A DNA stretch of 64,000 bases. It comes from an uncultured Acidobacteriota bacterium. Lineage in GTDB: Bacteria > Acidobacteriota > Thermoanaerobaculia > Multivoradales > JAHEKO01. Shown here piece by piece: positions 1-9,833 of the stretch. The stretch spans positions 128,001 through 192,000 of the forward strand of contig CAVQNG010000003.1 of assembly GCA_963713825.1 (NCBI GenBank), given 5' to 3'. Within the stretch, counting starts at the first letter, position 1, and every line of letters starts with the position of its first letter. The translations under genes were made by a program, and so were the position numbers. The notes beneath the pieces are model-generated. The model had not been told where the DNA came from. It searched no databases and saw only the letters and a program-made list of their open reading frames with translations.

Positions 1-259
1 GGCCTCTTTGAAGTCGGCCACGACCAGCTCCACGAGGTCTGGTGGCAACTGGGATATTTCTTCATCGAGTCCCGGAATCCCGAGCTCCGAGCCGAGCCTC
101 CGGCGCCCATTTCGCCAGGATGGACAGCAGAATCTGGCTGTTCGCGTTACTACGCTCGACCCAGGAAACCTCTTCCTGCCCAAAGGTAGCAATGGGTACC
201 AGCAATGTCATCATCAGGCAGGCCAGTACGAGCCTGCTCGTTCGGCTATAGATCTTCAC
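1..259 (-). CDS. 5' part of a secreted DUF885-like protein running off the window start, with an apparent +1 frameshift near 97
   Basis: GGAGG SD then GTG at 259. Signal peptide, then WVERSNANSQILLSILAKWAPE. Removing one base at ~97 continues as LGSELGIPGLDEEISQLPPDLVELVVADFKEA, open to the window edge. Confidence 0.55.
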
Positions 260-410
260 GATTGCACCTCCCAAAAGTTCGCTACATCCTTCCACTACGC
301 CTGGCTCGGCAGACTTGTTTCGTCCGTCTTTCGGAGCGCTGGCCAATCTCCCGGTCTCCAGGCCGAACCACGGGGTACAATGCGCCGCTGAATCGAAGCG
401 AGGAGTCGCG

Positions 411-917
411 ATGTCCGAATCGAGTACCGAAGCCACCCGATCCCGCCCCAGCTGGGACGAGTACTTCGTCGACCTGGTCGACGAGATCGCCAGCCGAGCC
501 ACCTGCGACCGAGGCCGCAGTGGTTGCGTCGTCGTCCGCGACAAGCGCATCATCTGCACCGGGTATGTCGGCTCACCTTCGGGCCTTTCCCACTGCGACG
601 AAATCGGCCATCTCATGAAGAAAGCTGTCGACGAGGATGGCACTGTCCGGCAACATTGCGTGCGCACCATTCACGCCGAGCAGAATGCCATCTGCCAAGC
701 GGCTCGCTATGGTCTGCCCCTGGACGGCACGACGCTCTACTGCACCATGGAGCCCTGCCGCGTCTGCGCCATGTTGATCGCCAGCGTTGGCGTCAAGCGA
801 GTCGTAGCAAAGCGCCGCTACCACGCCGCTCAGGACACGAGAGAGATCTTCACCAAGGCCGGAGTCGAGCTCGACATCATCGAGGACGTCGTCGAGAGCT
901 ACGCAGGCCAGGACTGA
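411..917 (+). CDS. dCMP deaminase (cytidine/deoxycytidylate deaminase family)
   Basis: RPSWDEYF N-terminus, HAEQNAI and PCRVC Zn motifs. AGGAG SD precedes ATG 411. Confidence 0.92.
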   Translation: MSESSTEATRSRPSWDEYFVDLVDEIASRATCDRGRSGCVVVRDKRIICTGYVGSPSGLSHCDEIGHLMKKAVDEDGTVRQHCVRTIHAEQNAICQAARYGLPLDGTTLYCTMEPCRVCAMLIASVGVKRVVAKRRYHAAQDTREIFTKAGVELDIIEDVVESYAGQD

Positions 918-947
918 GAACCGACCGAGTCAGGCTCCTCCAAGACC

Positions 948-1625
948 GTGATCATCGCCATCGATGGCCCTGTCGCCGCGGGCAAGACCACCCTCTCCAA
1001 GCATCTTGCGGATCGGTTGGGCTTCTCGCTTCTCGATACAGGAGCCATCTACCGAGCCGTGGCCCTGGCCAGCCGGCGCCAGAACATCGACTGGTCCGAC
1101 GAACCATCCGTCGCTACTGTGGCGAGCCGATTGAGGATCGAGTTTCGGTGGATCGATGGCACCAATCAAGTGCTCATCGAAGGTGAGGACGTCACCGAAG
1201 CGATTCGGACTCCCGAGATGTCGCAGGGCGCTTCGCTGGTGTCCGCGCTGCCCGCGGTCCGCCAGGCCCTGCTCGACCTGCAACGCCAGTTGGGAGAGCA
1301 GGGCAACGTCATCGCCGAAGGACGGGACATCGGTACTGTCGTCTTTCCCCATGCCGACCTCAAGGTCTTTCTCACCGCACGACCTGAGATCCGGGCCAGA
1401 CGTCGCCATCAGGAGTGGCTCCGGAAGGGAATCGGCGACAGCTACGAGGATGTTCTCGAAGCCCTGAAAGAGCGCGACGCGAGGGATGAAAATCGGTCGG
1501 TCGCCCCCCTCGTGCCCGCTCTCGACAGTATTCTCATCGACAGCTCCAAGCTCTCGATAGAGCAGGTTGTTACCCAAGTCCTGGAGCTCGCAGGCCGTGT
1601 CAGGGCAGGAGACGTTTCAGGCTAG
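948..1625 (+). CDS. cmk: Cytidylate kinase
   Basis: IAIDGPVAAGKTT P-loop, LDTGAIYRA, EGRDIGTVVFP, RDARDENR. Confidence 0.95.
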   Translation: MIIAIDGPVAAGKTTLSKHLADRLGFSLLDTGAIYRAVALASRRQNIDWSDEPSVATVASRLRIEFRWIDGTNQVLIEGEDVTEAIRTPEMSQGASLVSALPAVRQALLDLQRQLGEQGNVIAEGRDIGTVVFPHADLKVFLTARPEIRARRRHQEWLRKGIGDSYEDVLEALKERDARDENRSVAPLVPALDSILIDSSKLSIEQVVTQVLELAGRVRAGDVSG

Positions 1626-1700
1626 AATCGTCCCTGTCACCTCGAGCCTGGAGTCGCCTGTAACAGACCAACGACCGACGATCTTCAACGGAGGGGCCCG

Positions 1701-4700
1701 ATGATCCATCGGATCGAGATTGCCATCCGCAAGGGGCTGCCGGATCCGCGTGGCAAGCATGTCGCCGCCAGGGTCCGCGACTTTCTCGACATCCCCGTCG
1801 CCGCCGTTCGCACACGCGACGTCTACCACCTGGAAGCGGACTTGACCGACGACGAGGTCGCCAGGATCGTGATCGAGTTCACCGATCCTGTTCTCAACGT
1901 CGGCGCAGCAGGTCGAGTCGACGACGGGCCCTTCGACTCTTCCATCACGGTGGCCTTCAAGCCCGGCGTGGCCGACCCCGTCGGCAAGAGCGCCCGGGTC
2001 GCTATTCAGGACACTCTCGGCCGGTCCCTCGGCGACGAGGCAGCCGTTTATACCTCCGTGATGTACCTACTGGAGGGTGTCGACAAGTCCGAGGCCGAGC
2101 GCATCGCCTTCGAGTTGCTGGCCAATCCCGTCATCCAGACGGCGAGCGTGGTGACCTTCGATGAGTGGACTGTCGCGGAGCCCGACCTCTCGGTACCCAA
2201 GGTGGCTGGAGGGCAGACTCCGGAAGTGCTCGACATCAACCTGACAGGCACTGATGAGGAGCTCTTGAAGATCAGTCGCGAGGGGATGCTGGCTCTCAGC
2301 CTCCGGGAGATGCAGACGATTCGGGATCACTTCATCGAGTCTGCCGAGAAAGAGCCCAGGCGTCGGCAGCTCGGTCTTGGCAGCGATCCGACCGACGTCG
2401 AGCTCGAGTGTCTGGCTCAGACCTGGAGCGAGCACTGCAAGCACAAGATCTTCAACGCCACGATCGGCTATCGCGAGTTGGAAGGCCCGGTCGAGACCAT
2501 TCGGTCGATTTTCAAGACCTACATTCGCGGCGCTACAGAGGAAGTCGACAACCAGGTAGTGGAACAGGGAGGTCGCTCTTGGTTGGTCTCGGTGTTCCAC
2601 GACAACGCGGGGGTCGTGACCTTCGACGACGAGATTCATCTGGTCTACAAAGTCGAGACCCACAACTCACCGTCGGCGCTCGACCCCTACGGAGGTGCCA
2701 TCACGGGCATCGTAGGAGTCAACCGCGACCCCTTCGGCACCGGGCGGGGTGCGGACCTTCTTTCCAATGTCTGGGGCTACTGCTTCGCCTCACCGTTCTA
2801 TGAGGGCGAGCTACCGAAGGGCCTGTTGCATCCGAAGCGGATCCGCGACGGGGTCCATCTCGGCGTCATCGACGGCGGCAACCAGAGTGGAATCCCCTAC
2901 GCAAGAGGCTGGGAGATCTTCGACAGCCGCTATCTCGGCAAACCTCTCGTCTTCTGCGGCACCGTCGGCTCCTTGCCGGTGACGATCGACGGCAAGCCGG
3001 GCGAAGAGAAGTACCCCCGGCCCGGCGATGCCGTGATCATGGTCGGCGGTCGAATCGGTGCGGACGGAATTCACGGGGCAACCTTCTCCTCGGCGGCCCT
3101 CGACGAATCATCACCAGCCCAGGCCGTGCAGATCGGCGATCCCATCACGCAGAAGATGATGTTCGACTTCCTGCTCGAGGCCCGTCGACTCGGGCTCTAT
3201 TCGGCCATCACCGACAACGGTGCCGGCGGACTGTCCTCGTCAGTGGGCGAGATGGCCCAGACCCCAGGTGGGGCCCGAATCGACCTCGAAAAGGCACCTC
3301 TCAAATACGCCGGTCTGGCACCCTGGGAGATCTTCCTGTCGGAGGCCCAGGAGCGCATGACCCTGGCGGTGCCTCACGATCATGTCGAGGCCTTCTTGGA
3401 TCTGGCGGCACGACGAGAGGTCGAGGCCACCGTTCTGGGAGATTTCACCGATGACGGCTTCCTGCAGGTGACCTATGGCAGCAAGACGGTGGCGCTGCTC
3501 GAGATGGACTTCCTACATGACGGGGCACCTGATCTCGATCTCCAGGCTCACTGGGTTCCGCCTGTCTTCGAGGAGCCCTCGACCCGACCGACGGATCTCG
3601 ACAGCACTCTGCTCGACCTGATGGCACGACTGAATCTCTGCAGCAACGAGAAGAAAGCGCGTCACTACGACCACGAGGTCAAGGGCCTGTCGGTCATCAA
3701 GCCGTGGGTGGGTGTTCACGCCGATGTTCCTGCCGAAGCCACGGTGTCCCTGGCCCGTCACGGATCCCTCCGTGGTTTCGTCCTTTCCGAGGGCATCAAC
3801 CCCTACATCTCCGATCTCGACACCTGGGCGATGGCTTCGACCGTTCTCGACGAGGCGGTTCGTCGGCAGCTCTGCGCCGGGGCCAGGCTCGATCGCATTG
3901 CCGCGCTCGACAACTTCTGCTGGCCCGACCCGGTGCGGTCGGAGACCACTCCCGACGGTGAGTACAAGCTGGCCCAGTTGGTGAGAGCCTGCCGAGGGCT
4001 GCATGAGGTCTGCCTGGCCTACGGTGTGCCGCTCATCTCCGGTAAGGACTCGATGAAGAACGAGTCAACCATGGGTGGGGTCAAGATCTCGGTGCCGCCG
4101 ACGCTGCTGCTGTCCGCCATTGGTCAGATCGACGATGTGCGTGAAGCGTTGACTCTCGATTTCAAACAGCCAGGAGACGTAGTCTACGTTCTCGGTGAAA
4201 CGGGTCCTCACACTGGAGCCAGTGAGTACTTCCGCTACCTCGGTGACCGTAAAGGCCTACGACCCGAGCTCGGTCAACCCGCCCCCTTCGTGGGAAGGCG
4301 CCCGCCGACCGTCGACACCACTCGAACGGTACCCCTCTACACGGCGCTCCACGGGGCGATCCGGGCCGGGCTTCTGAGATCCGCGTCCACTCCGAACAAG
4401 GGTGGACTGGCCGTCTCCCTCGCCCGCTGTGCGCTGGCGGCCGATTTGGGAGTCGAGATCGACCTCGATGACTGCCCAGGCGTGGACTGGCTCGAAGACG
4501 ACATCGCTCTCTTCTCGGAGTCCAACGGGCGCTTCGTCGTCAGCCTGGCAGCCGATCAGGCCGACGACTTCGAGAGACACATGGAAGGCACAGCCTGGTG
4601 TAGAGCGGGGGTCGTTACCGACGAGCCACGCCTCGTCATTCGTCGCGATGGACGGTCGCTGGTCGATAGCGATCTGGGTTCACTCCGCAGCCGCTTCAAG

Positions 4701-4721
4701 GAGGGACTGGAACATGCTTGA
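1701..4721 (+). CDS. purL: Phosphoribosylformylglycinamidine synthase PurL with N-terminal PurS-like repeats
   Basis: QTWSEHCKHKIF, KVETHNSPS, DNGAGGL, SEAQERM, GKDS and LFSES motifs. The N-terminal ~150 aa carry two PurS-like units (PDPRG...FTDPV; ADPVG...LANPV). Confidence 0.95.
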   Translation: MIHRIEIAIRKGLPDPRGKHVAARVRDFLDIPVAAVRTRDVYHLEADLTDDEVARIVIEFTDPVLNVGAAGRVDDGPFDSSITVAFKPGVADPVGKSARVAIQDTLGRSLGDEAAVYTSVMYLLEGVDKSEAERIAFELLANPVIQTASVVTFDEWTVAEPDLSVPKVAGGQTPEVLDINLTGTDEELLKISREGMLALSLREMQTIRDHFIESAEKEPRRRQLGLGSDPTDVELECLAQTWSEHCKHKIFNATIGYRELEGPVETIRSIFKTYIRGATEEVDNQVVEQGGRSWLVSVFHDNAGVVTFDDEIHLVYKVETHNSPSALDPYGGAITGIVGVNRDPFGTGRGADLLSNVWGYCFASPFYEGELPKGLLHPKRIRDGVHLGVIDGGNQSGIPYARGWEIFDSRYLGKPLVFCGTVGSLPVTIDGKPGEEKYPRPGDAVIMVGGRIGADGIHGATFSSAALDESSPAQAVQIGDPITQKMMFDFLLEARRLGLYSAITDNGAGGLSSSVGEMAQTPGGARIDLEKAPLKYAGLAPWEIFLSEAQERMTLAVPHDHVEAFLDLAARREVEATVLGDFTDDGFLQVTYGSKTVALLEMDFLHDGAPDLDLQAHWVPPVFEEPSTRPTDLDSTLLDLMARLNLCSNEKKARHYDHEVKGLSVIKPWVGVHADVPAEATVSLARHGSLRGFVLSEGINPYISDLDTWAMASTVLDEAVRRQLCAGARLDRIAALDNFCWPDPVRSETTPDGEYKLAQLVRACRGLHEVCLAYGVPLISGKDSMKNESTMGGVKISVPPTLLLSAIGQIDDVREALTLDFKQPGDVVYVLGETGPHTGASEYFRYLGDRKGLRPELGQPAPFVGRRPPTVDTTRTVPLYTALHGAIRAGLLRSASTPNKGGLAVSLARCALAADLGVEIDLDDCPGVDWLEDDIALFSESNGRFVVSLAADQADDFERHMEGTAWCRAGVVTDEPRLVIRRDGRSLVDSDLGSLRSRFKEGLEHA

Positions 4722-5583
4722 GGATGCCGTTCAGGAGCTCAGGAGGCTTCCCTCCGACGAGTTGGCGCGGGCCAGATCCGAGGTGCGCGTTCTGGTGATC
4801 TCGGGTTTGGGCCTCAATTGTGAAGTGGAGACAGCGGAGGCCTTTCGACTGGTCGGCGGCGATGCCGAGATGGTTCATTTGCTGGATCTGCTCGACGGCA
4901 AGTCGGGCCACAGCCTGGCCGACTACAGAATCGTGACTTTCGTCGGCGGCTTTGCCTTCGGCGACCACCTGGGAGCTGGCTTCGTCTTCGCGAATCGGAT
5001 TCGCTGGCGGCTCTACGATCAACTCGTCGAGCTCATCGAGAGGGGTGGCCTGGCACTGGGAATCTGCAACGGCTTCCAAACCATGGTTCGACTCGGCATG
5101 GTGCCGGGCTTCGATGGGGACTACCGCACCCCTCGCGCGACTCTGGCCCCCAATGACCGCTTGGGCTACTGGGACAGCTGGGTCCGGCTCAAGGCCGATC
5201 CGGAGTCACCCTGCGTCTGGACCCGAGGCATCGACGCAATCGACCTGCCGACCCGCCACGGAGAGGGCAAGCTCCTGACAGAATCCGCAGAAGTCCTAGA
5301 GAGGCTGGAGAAGGGACACCAGGTCGCCGTGAGATATGTGGGTGCAGATGGCGAGCCCACCCAGGAATGGCCGGCCAATCCCAACGGATCACCGGGCGCG
5401 GTGGCCGGCATCTGCGACCCGACAGGGCGCCTCTTCGGCCTGATGCCCCACCCCGACGCCTACCTCTATCCCTTCCAGCATCCCCAGTGGTCGCGCAGGC
5501 GCTACGAAGGTGATGTCCCCGAGGAGGGCGCCGGCCTGGCGATCTTCCGCAACGGCGTCGACGCTGCAGCAGCGTCAAGGTAG
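4714..5583 (+). CDS. purQ: FGAM synthase glutaminase subunit
   Basis: GLNCEVE, GGFAFGD, GICNGFQ nucleophile, HGEG, NPNGS, MPHPD. Start overlaps the end of purL. Confidence 0.93.
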   Translation: MLEDAVQELRRLPSDELARARSEVRVLVISGLGLNCEVETAEAFRLVGGDAEMVHLLDLLDGKSGHSLADYRIVTFVGGFAFGDHLGAGFVFANRIRWRLYDQLVELIERGGLALGICNGFQTMVRLGMVPGFDGDYRTPRATLAPNDRLGYWDSWVRLKADPESPCVWTRGIDAIDLPTRHGEGKLLTESAEVLERLEKGHQVAVRYVGADGEPTQEWPANPNGSPGAVAGICDPTGRLFGLMPHPDAYLYPFQHPQWSRRRYEGDVPEEGAGLAIFRNGVDAAAASR

Positions 5584-5586
5584 CGC

Positions 5587-5604
5587 AGGCGCTTTCGAGC
5601 GCCT
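5587..5604 (+). terminator. UUCG-capped hairpin just after the purQ stop (terminator or stabiliser candidate)
   Basis: AGGCGCT-TTCG-AGCGCCT perfect 7-bp stem; no U-tract follows. Confidence 0.4.
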
Positions 5605-5725
5605 ACTGACCTGGGTCCTGGGGCTTGGGTCCTCCCAAGAATAGGCTGGCACCTTCTACTACCGGCTCTTCCTGCGACTCACCGAGACTCCCTCATAGTC
5701 CGCCTGATCACCCCGGGACGGGCCT

Positions 5726-6370
5726 CTACAGGCCCGACAAATCGTCGGGCTCGTTTCCCTGGAAAACTCCAGGAACGCGATCGTAGACCCTCTGGAAAGT
5801 GATCTTGGGCATTCGCCCGTTGCCTTCCATCTTGGTCTTGACAAAGAGCTGACTGCCGTCGTCTGAAAGTTCGTACTTCTCTGTGATTGCGCCGCCTTGT
5901 GGCGAGTCGCGCTCGATCTCGATGTGCCTGCCCTTCTTCCAGATCGCCGTGGCCTCGAGAAGCCCCGCCTCCAGGTCCTCCGTCATGCGGCCATCGGTGT
6001 AGAAGGTGTTCTCGTTGTCGTCGGCCAAACGGATTCGAAAGGTGGGATCTTCGTGGTCGATGACGATCTGCTGAATCCTGGCTTCGCGCTCGCCCAGACG
6101 CTCTTGCATGCCTTCCCGTCCTCCGCCACGCCCTCCACCGCCACCCCGCATCCCTCCACCCATTCCGCCGCCTCTTCCACCACTCTCACCTCCACGTCCC
6201 TTCGACATGCTCTCTGACATCTTCTCTCTCGGGTTCTCACTCAGCTCCTGATTCAGCTTCCAGGTGCCCGAAAAATCGGGCTGCTCTGCCGCCAAGGAGG
6301 CTACGGCAAGGAGGACACCAAGCGTAAGGAACGGCAGAGCCAGCCCGAGGATTCCCTTGTTTGCGGTCAT
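5726..6370 (-). CDS. Secreted hypothetical protein with a Gly/Arg-rich insert (possible lipocalin-like beta-barrel)
   Basis: AGGAG SD, signal peptide, PDFSGTWKLN motif, GGRGGGMGG tract, C-terminal RVYDR strand. Confidence 0.75.
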   Translation of the reverse strand: MTANKGILGLALPFLTLGVLLAVASLAAEQPDFSGTWKLNQELSENPREKMSESMSKGRGGESGGRGGGMGGGMRGGGGGRGGGREGMQERLGEREARIQQIVIDHEDPTFRIRLADDNENTFYTDGRMTEDLEAGLLEATAIWKKGRHIEIERDSPQGGAITEKYELSDDGSQLFVKTKMEGNGRMPKITFQRVYDRVPGVFQGNEPDDLSGL

Positions 6371-6468
6371 CTCACTCTCCTGTTGCATCGAATTCGCATC
6401 AGGAGGTGAAACCCCCGGGCCACGAGAATCCTTCGCTTGCCACCGCTACCTGAACCGGTTGTCGACTG

Positions 6469-6631
6469 GAGGTCCGTCCGGGTGGTCCGCAGGCGGACGG
6501 TGGCGGCTACTCTGACTACGATGGGCGGGCCGCCACCTCGTCACGTCTTCACGCCGGGAAAATGCGGTGACAGGCACCTCATTTCACAGCGCCACGGGAG
6601 CGCCCCCTGTCGAACCACCCGAACGAACCTC
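6469..6631. repeat. MITE/REPIN-like element A, copy 1
   Basis: Ends GAGGTCCGTCCGGGTGGTCCGCAGG ... CCCCCTGTCGAACCACCCGAACGAACCTC form imperfect TIRs. Aligns by eye to 8228-8391 and 40763-40925. Confidence 0.8.
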
Positions 6632-6887
6632 TGGCACCGATCTGGGCAATAGGGGCCTAGGCAGCCAAGGGGAGTGTTTGTTCGCCCTTCCTGGCCATTT
6701 GTCACTTTGGCCTTCGAGCTGTACGTTTTGGATGCTAAATGGTGCCTTTTGGACGGTGGTCTGGCGCAGTACCACCAGCGAACCAGAACCTCAGGACTTT
6801 TGCTCCCCTAGGCCCTCTCCTACATACCCAGGAACCAAGCCCCAGGGCCCAAAGATCGGCCGGCAGAGACGCCGGCCGCTTCAATCG

Positions 6888-8057
6888 TCAGCTCAAGAGC
6901 TGACAGAGCTGGGCCGCTGCCACGCCGAGGTAATTGCCAAGGCCGTAGCCGATCAGCGACAGCATGATGGAGACCGGCACGAGCTCTTCGCGGTGAAAAC
7001 CGGCCGCCACCGGCGCCGAGGCTGCCCCACCCACAGAGGCCACGCTTGCGACAGCCGCCATACTCACATCGACCTTGAAGAGGCGCGCTCCGACGATGAT
7101 GAACAGGAAGTGGACGACGATGCAGATCACTCCCGCCAACAGGAACCACTGCGCGCCTGCGAGATTCCTCAGATCGGCCGAGGCGCCGATCATCGTCATG
7201 GAGATGTAGACGAAGGTCATGGCCAGAGGCTCGGTGCCAGGGACTTTCTTGAGCGGCGTGGCCGACAGCAGAATGCCAAAGGTCGTGACAAGGAGCATCG
7301 CCCAGGTCTTTTCGGTGAGTACCGGTGGCAATGCGGGCATTAGCTTGGCCACCATGTTGGCCGCCAGGATGGTCGTGAATCCCCAACCCAGAAGCGTCAG
7401 CAGATCCTTGAAATGCACCTCGTGGCTCTTCTTCTCGACTTCCTGAGTTGCCTCTTCAATGTGCCGTATCTGCTCATCGGAAACATGCGAGAAGCGGTTG
7501 AACTGTTTTGCCCAACGCTTGCAGCTCAGGATGATGGGGAAGTAGAGCACGTAAACGAAGTTGTCGACCAGCACCACCATGCCCACCAGCTCTCCCGGTG
7601 TCTCCAGGCTCTCGGCGACGGCGGCCAGATTGCCCGTTCCTCCGATCCAGCTTCCGGCCAGGGCACCGAAGCCCGACCAGGCGTTCTCCGGCAAGCCACT
7701 CCTGAAGAGGAAGAACGACACCGCGGCGCCAACGACGATGCCGATAGAGCCCAGCACCAGGACGCCGATCCCTCGCCACGCCACCTTGAGGGTCTCCCGA
7801 ATGTTGATGTCCAGGAGCATCAGGACGATGAACATCGGCACCGCCCAGTTCTTGTAGTTGTCGTAGATCGGCGTCGATCGGGGAATGACGTCGAGGTTGC
7901 TCAGGAAGATCGGCGTCAAGAAGATCCAGATGATCGCGGGCAGGTAGTTGAATACCTTCCATTGGGTCTTCTTCTCCAGCCACAGGAAGAACACCGGAAT
8001 CATGGTGATGACTGCCATGACGCCGATGGTGCCTTGAAAAATCGGTTGGCTTTCCAT
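6888..8057 (-). CDS. DUF819 family integral membrane protein
   Basis: About 10-11 hydrophobic helices. GSWIGGTGN and ASVASVGGAASAP motifs are typical of DUF819. Confidence 0.85.
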   Translation of the reverse strand: MESQPIFQGTIGVMAVITMIPVFFLWLEKKTQWKVFNYLPAIIWIFLTPIFLSNLDVIPRSTPIYDNYKNWAVPMFIVLMLLDINIRETLKVAWRGIGVLVLGSIGIVVGAAVSFFLFRSGLPENAWSGFGALAGSWIGGTGNLAAVAESLETPGELVGMVVLVDNFVYVLYFPIILSCKRWAKQFNRFSHVSDEQIRHIEEATQEVEKKSHEVHFKDLLTLLGWGFTTILAANMVAKLMPALPPVLTEKTWAMLLVTTFGILLSATPLKKVPGTEPLAMTFVYISMTMIGASADLRNLAGAQWFLLAGVICIVVHFLFIIVGARLFKVDVSMAAVASVASVGGAASAPVAAGFHREELVPVSIMLSLIGYGLGNYLGVAAAQLCQLLS

Positions 8058-8227
8058 GTCGATCAGACCTCTTCTCGAGTCGAGGTGCTCTCGGGGCTCG
8101 CATCACCTGCGGGCACCGCACCCATCAGAATTCTGTACAGCAATCAGACCGCGCCGAGGCTAGCACGACCGCACTTCGCTGAGAACACCAAAGGGCTTCG
8201 GTTCCAAGAAAGTGACCCTCTTCTTGT

Positions 8228-8391
8228 GAGGGTTCGTCCGGGTGGTTCGCAGGGGGACGGCGTCGGCTACTCAGACTGCAATGGGGGGCCGCCACCTCGT
8301 CTCGTCATCGCGCCCCATCTCCTGTGCCCTATCAAGGGCCTTGCGCCGCGCTCGACTCGGCGCCCCCTGTCGAACCACCCGGACGAACCTC
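8228..8391. repeat. MITE/REPIN-like element A, copy 2
   Basis: GGTTCGTCCGGGTGGTTCGCAGGGGG ... CCCCCTGTCGAACCACCCGGACGAACC near-perfect inverted termini. Followed by (GGGCGTAG)x3. Confidence 0.85.
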
Positions 8392-8497
8392 GGGCACCAG
8401 AGAAGGGCGTAGGGGCGTAGGGGCGTAGGGGGCGAGCCAGTAATCTGATTCTTGCTGCGTCTCGACGGTGGTAGATCGGGCCATGGGTCTCCCTCGG

Positions 8498-8613
8498 CGG
8501 AGGGGCATGGTCGGGTGAGGCCGCAGACGAGGGAGATCCCTGGTCCGGATCGGCTATCTCAATCCCTAAGCCCTCAAGGATCGGCTGGAGCATGCGACAG
8601 CCGCCTCGACCCC
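8498..8613 (+). repeat. Dispersed repeat B
   Basis: Its 5' GGAGGGGCATGGTCGGGTGAGGCCGCAGAC recurs exactly at ~40968. Its 3' part CTCAATCCCTAAGCCCTCAAGGA...CGCCTC recurs inverted at ~40647-40702. Confidence 0.7.
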
Positions 8614-8620
8614 AAGCCCA

Positions 8621-8650
8621 CAAAGAACGCCCGGCGGTGAGCCGGGCGCT
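8621..8650 (-). terminator. Rho-independent terminator of the rrf2-rid-aroF operon
   Basis: CGCCCGGC-N5-GCCGGGCG stem followed by TTCTTTG on the minus strand, ~30 nt after the aroF stop. Confidence 0.75.
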
Positions 8651-8680
8651 TCAACCCTCAGGGTGGGCGGGTGGGTCTTA

Positions 8681-9742
8681 CTAGCAGTTCTTGCCGACCA
8701 GCTGCAAAATGCTCGAAACGTGGTGCTCTACCGGGCTATCCAGGTAGCCACGCCGCTTCAGGTCGGCGAGCAGCTGTTCGAGGGCCTCCGGGCTGAGACT
8801 CTGCGGGCCGTCGCACAGTGCTTCCTCCGCGGCATCGTGAACCTCGACGAGGAGTCCATTGGCACCGGCCGCCATGGCGGATTGCGCCATCGCCGGCACC
8901 CATCGACGGTCTCCTGCCGCATGCGAGGGGTCGGCAATCACCGGCAGATGAGAGGCCTCCCTGACGATCGGGATGGCAGCGATGTCGAAGAGGTAGCGGG
9001 TCTCTGCGCCGCGTGGCGCCACGATGCCCCGTTCGCAGAGCATGACCTGGGAATTGCCTTCCAGCAGGATGTACTCGGCGGCGTTCAACCACTCCTCGAT
9101 CGTGTTGGCTGGGCCCCGTTTCAGCAGGACCGGTCGACCGGATCGCCCAACGCAGCGCAGAATCTCGAAGTTCTGCATGTTCCGCGCACCGACCTGGATG
9201 ACGTCGATCTCGTAGTCGAGGAACAGGTCCAGCGTATTGACGTCCCTGAGCTCGCTGACCACGGCGATCCCGAATCGCTCCCGAGCCTCGGCCAGCAGGG
9301 CCAGCCCTTCCTCTTGCATACCCTGGAACGAGTAGGGACTGCTGCGCGGCTTGAAGGCTCCTCCCCGCATCAGGTTGGCCCCGGCATCCGACACCTTCTC
9401 GGCGATCCTGAGAAGTTGATCCCGGGACTCCACCGCACAGGGCCCGGCCATGATGATGGGCGGATTGGCCCCCCCGATCTTGGCTCCCTGCACTTCGATG
9501 ACCGTGTCTTGCGGTCGGCACTGCCGAGTTACCAACCAATGGCCACCGGTCGGGACTTGCACCGACTCCACCCCCGGCAGGCGCTTGAGCTCTCGCTCGA
9601 GAGACTTTGGGCAACCCGTGAGCACCAGAAAGTTCTGCCCCTGCAGCTTCCGCCATTGGGCTAGGCCACCGGCTGACTCGACCTTGTCGACCACCCTTTT
9701 GGCATCTCGATCGGTATAACCGCTTTTCATCATTACGAGCAT
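8681..9742 (-). CDS. aroF: 3-deoxy-7-phosphoheptulonate (DAHP) synthase type I-beta with N-terminal regulatory domain
   Basis: MLVMMK start, AGPCAVES, GGAFKPRSSPYSFQG, GARNMQNF, LLKRG, CERGI, DPSHA, EVH, CDGPQSL. Confidence 0.92.
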   Translation of the reverse strand: MLVMMKSGYTDRDAKRVVDKVESAGGLAQWRKLQGQNFLVLTGCPKSLERELKRLPGVESVQVPTGGHWLVTRQCRPQDTVIEVQGAKIGGANPPIIMAGPCAVESRDQLLRIAEKVSDAGANLMRGGAFKPRSSPYSFQGMQEEGLALLAEARERFGIAVVSELRDVNTLDLFLDYEIDVIQVGARNMQNFEILRCVGRSGRPVLLKRGPANTIEEWLNAAEYILLEGNSQVMLCERGIVAPRGAETRYLFDIAAIPIVREASHLPVIADPSHAAGDRRWVPAMAQSAMAAGANGLLVEVHDAAEEALCDGPQSLSPEALEQLLADLKRRGYLDSPVEHHVSSILQLVGKNC

Positions 9743-9833
9743 GACAATCACCCCAAACCGTTCCTTGCGATGGTCCTGGCAGACGCCATTGGATCTCTTT
9801 GCTAGTCCTCGCCGAGACATTCTCTCTTCAGGA

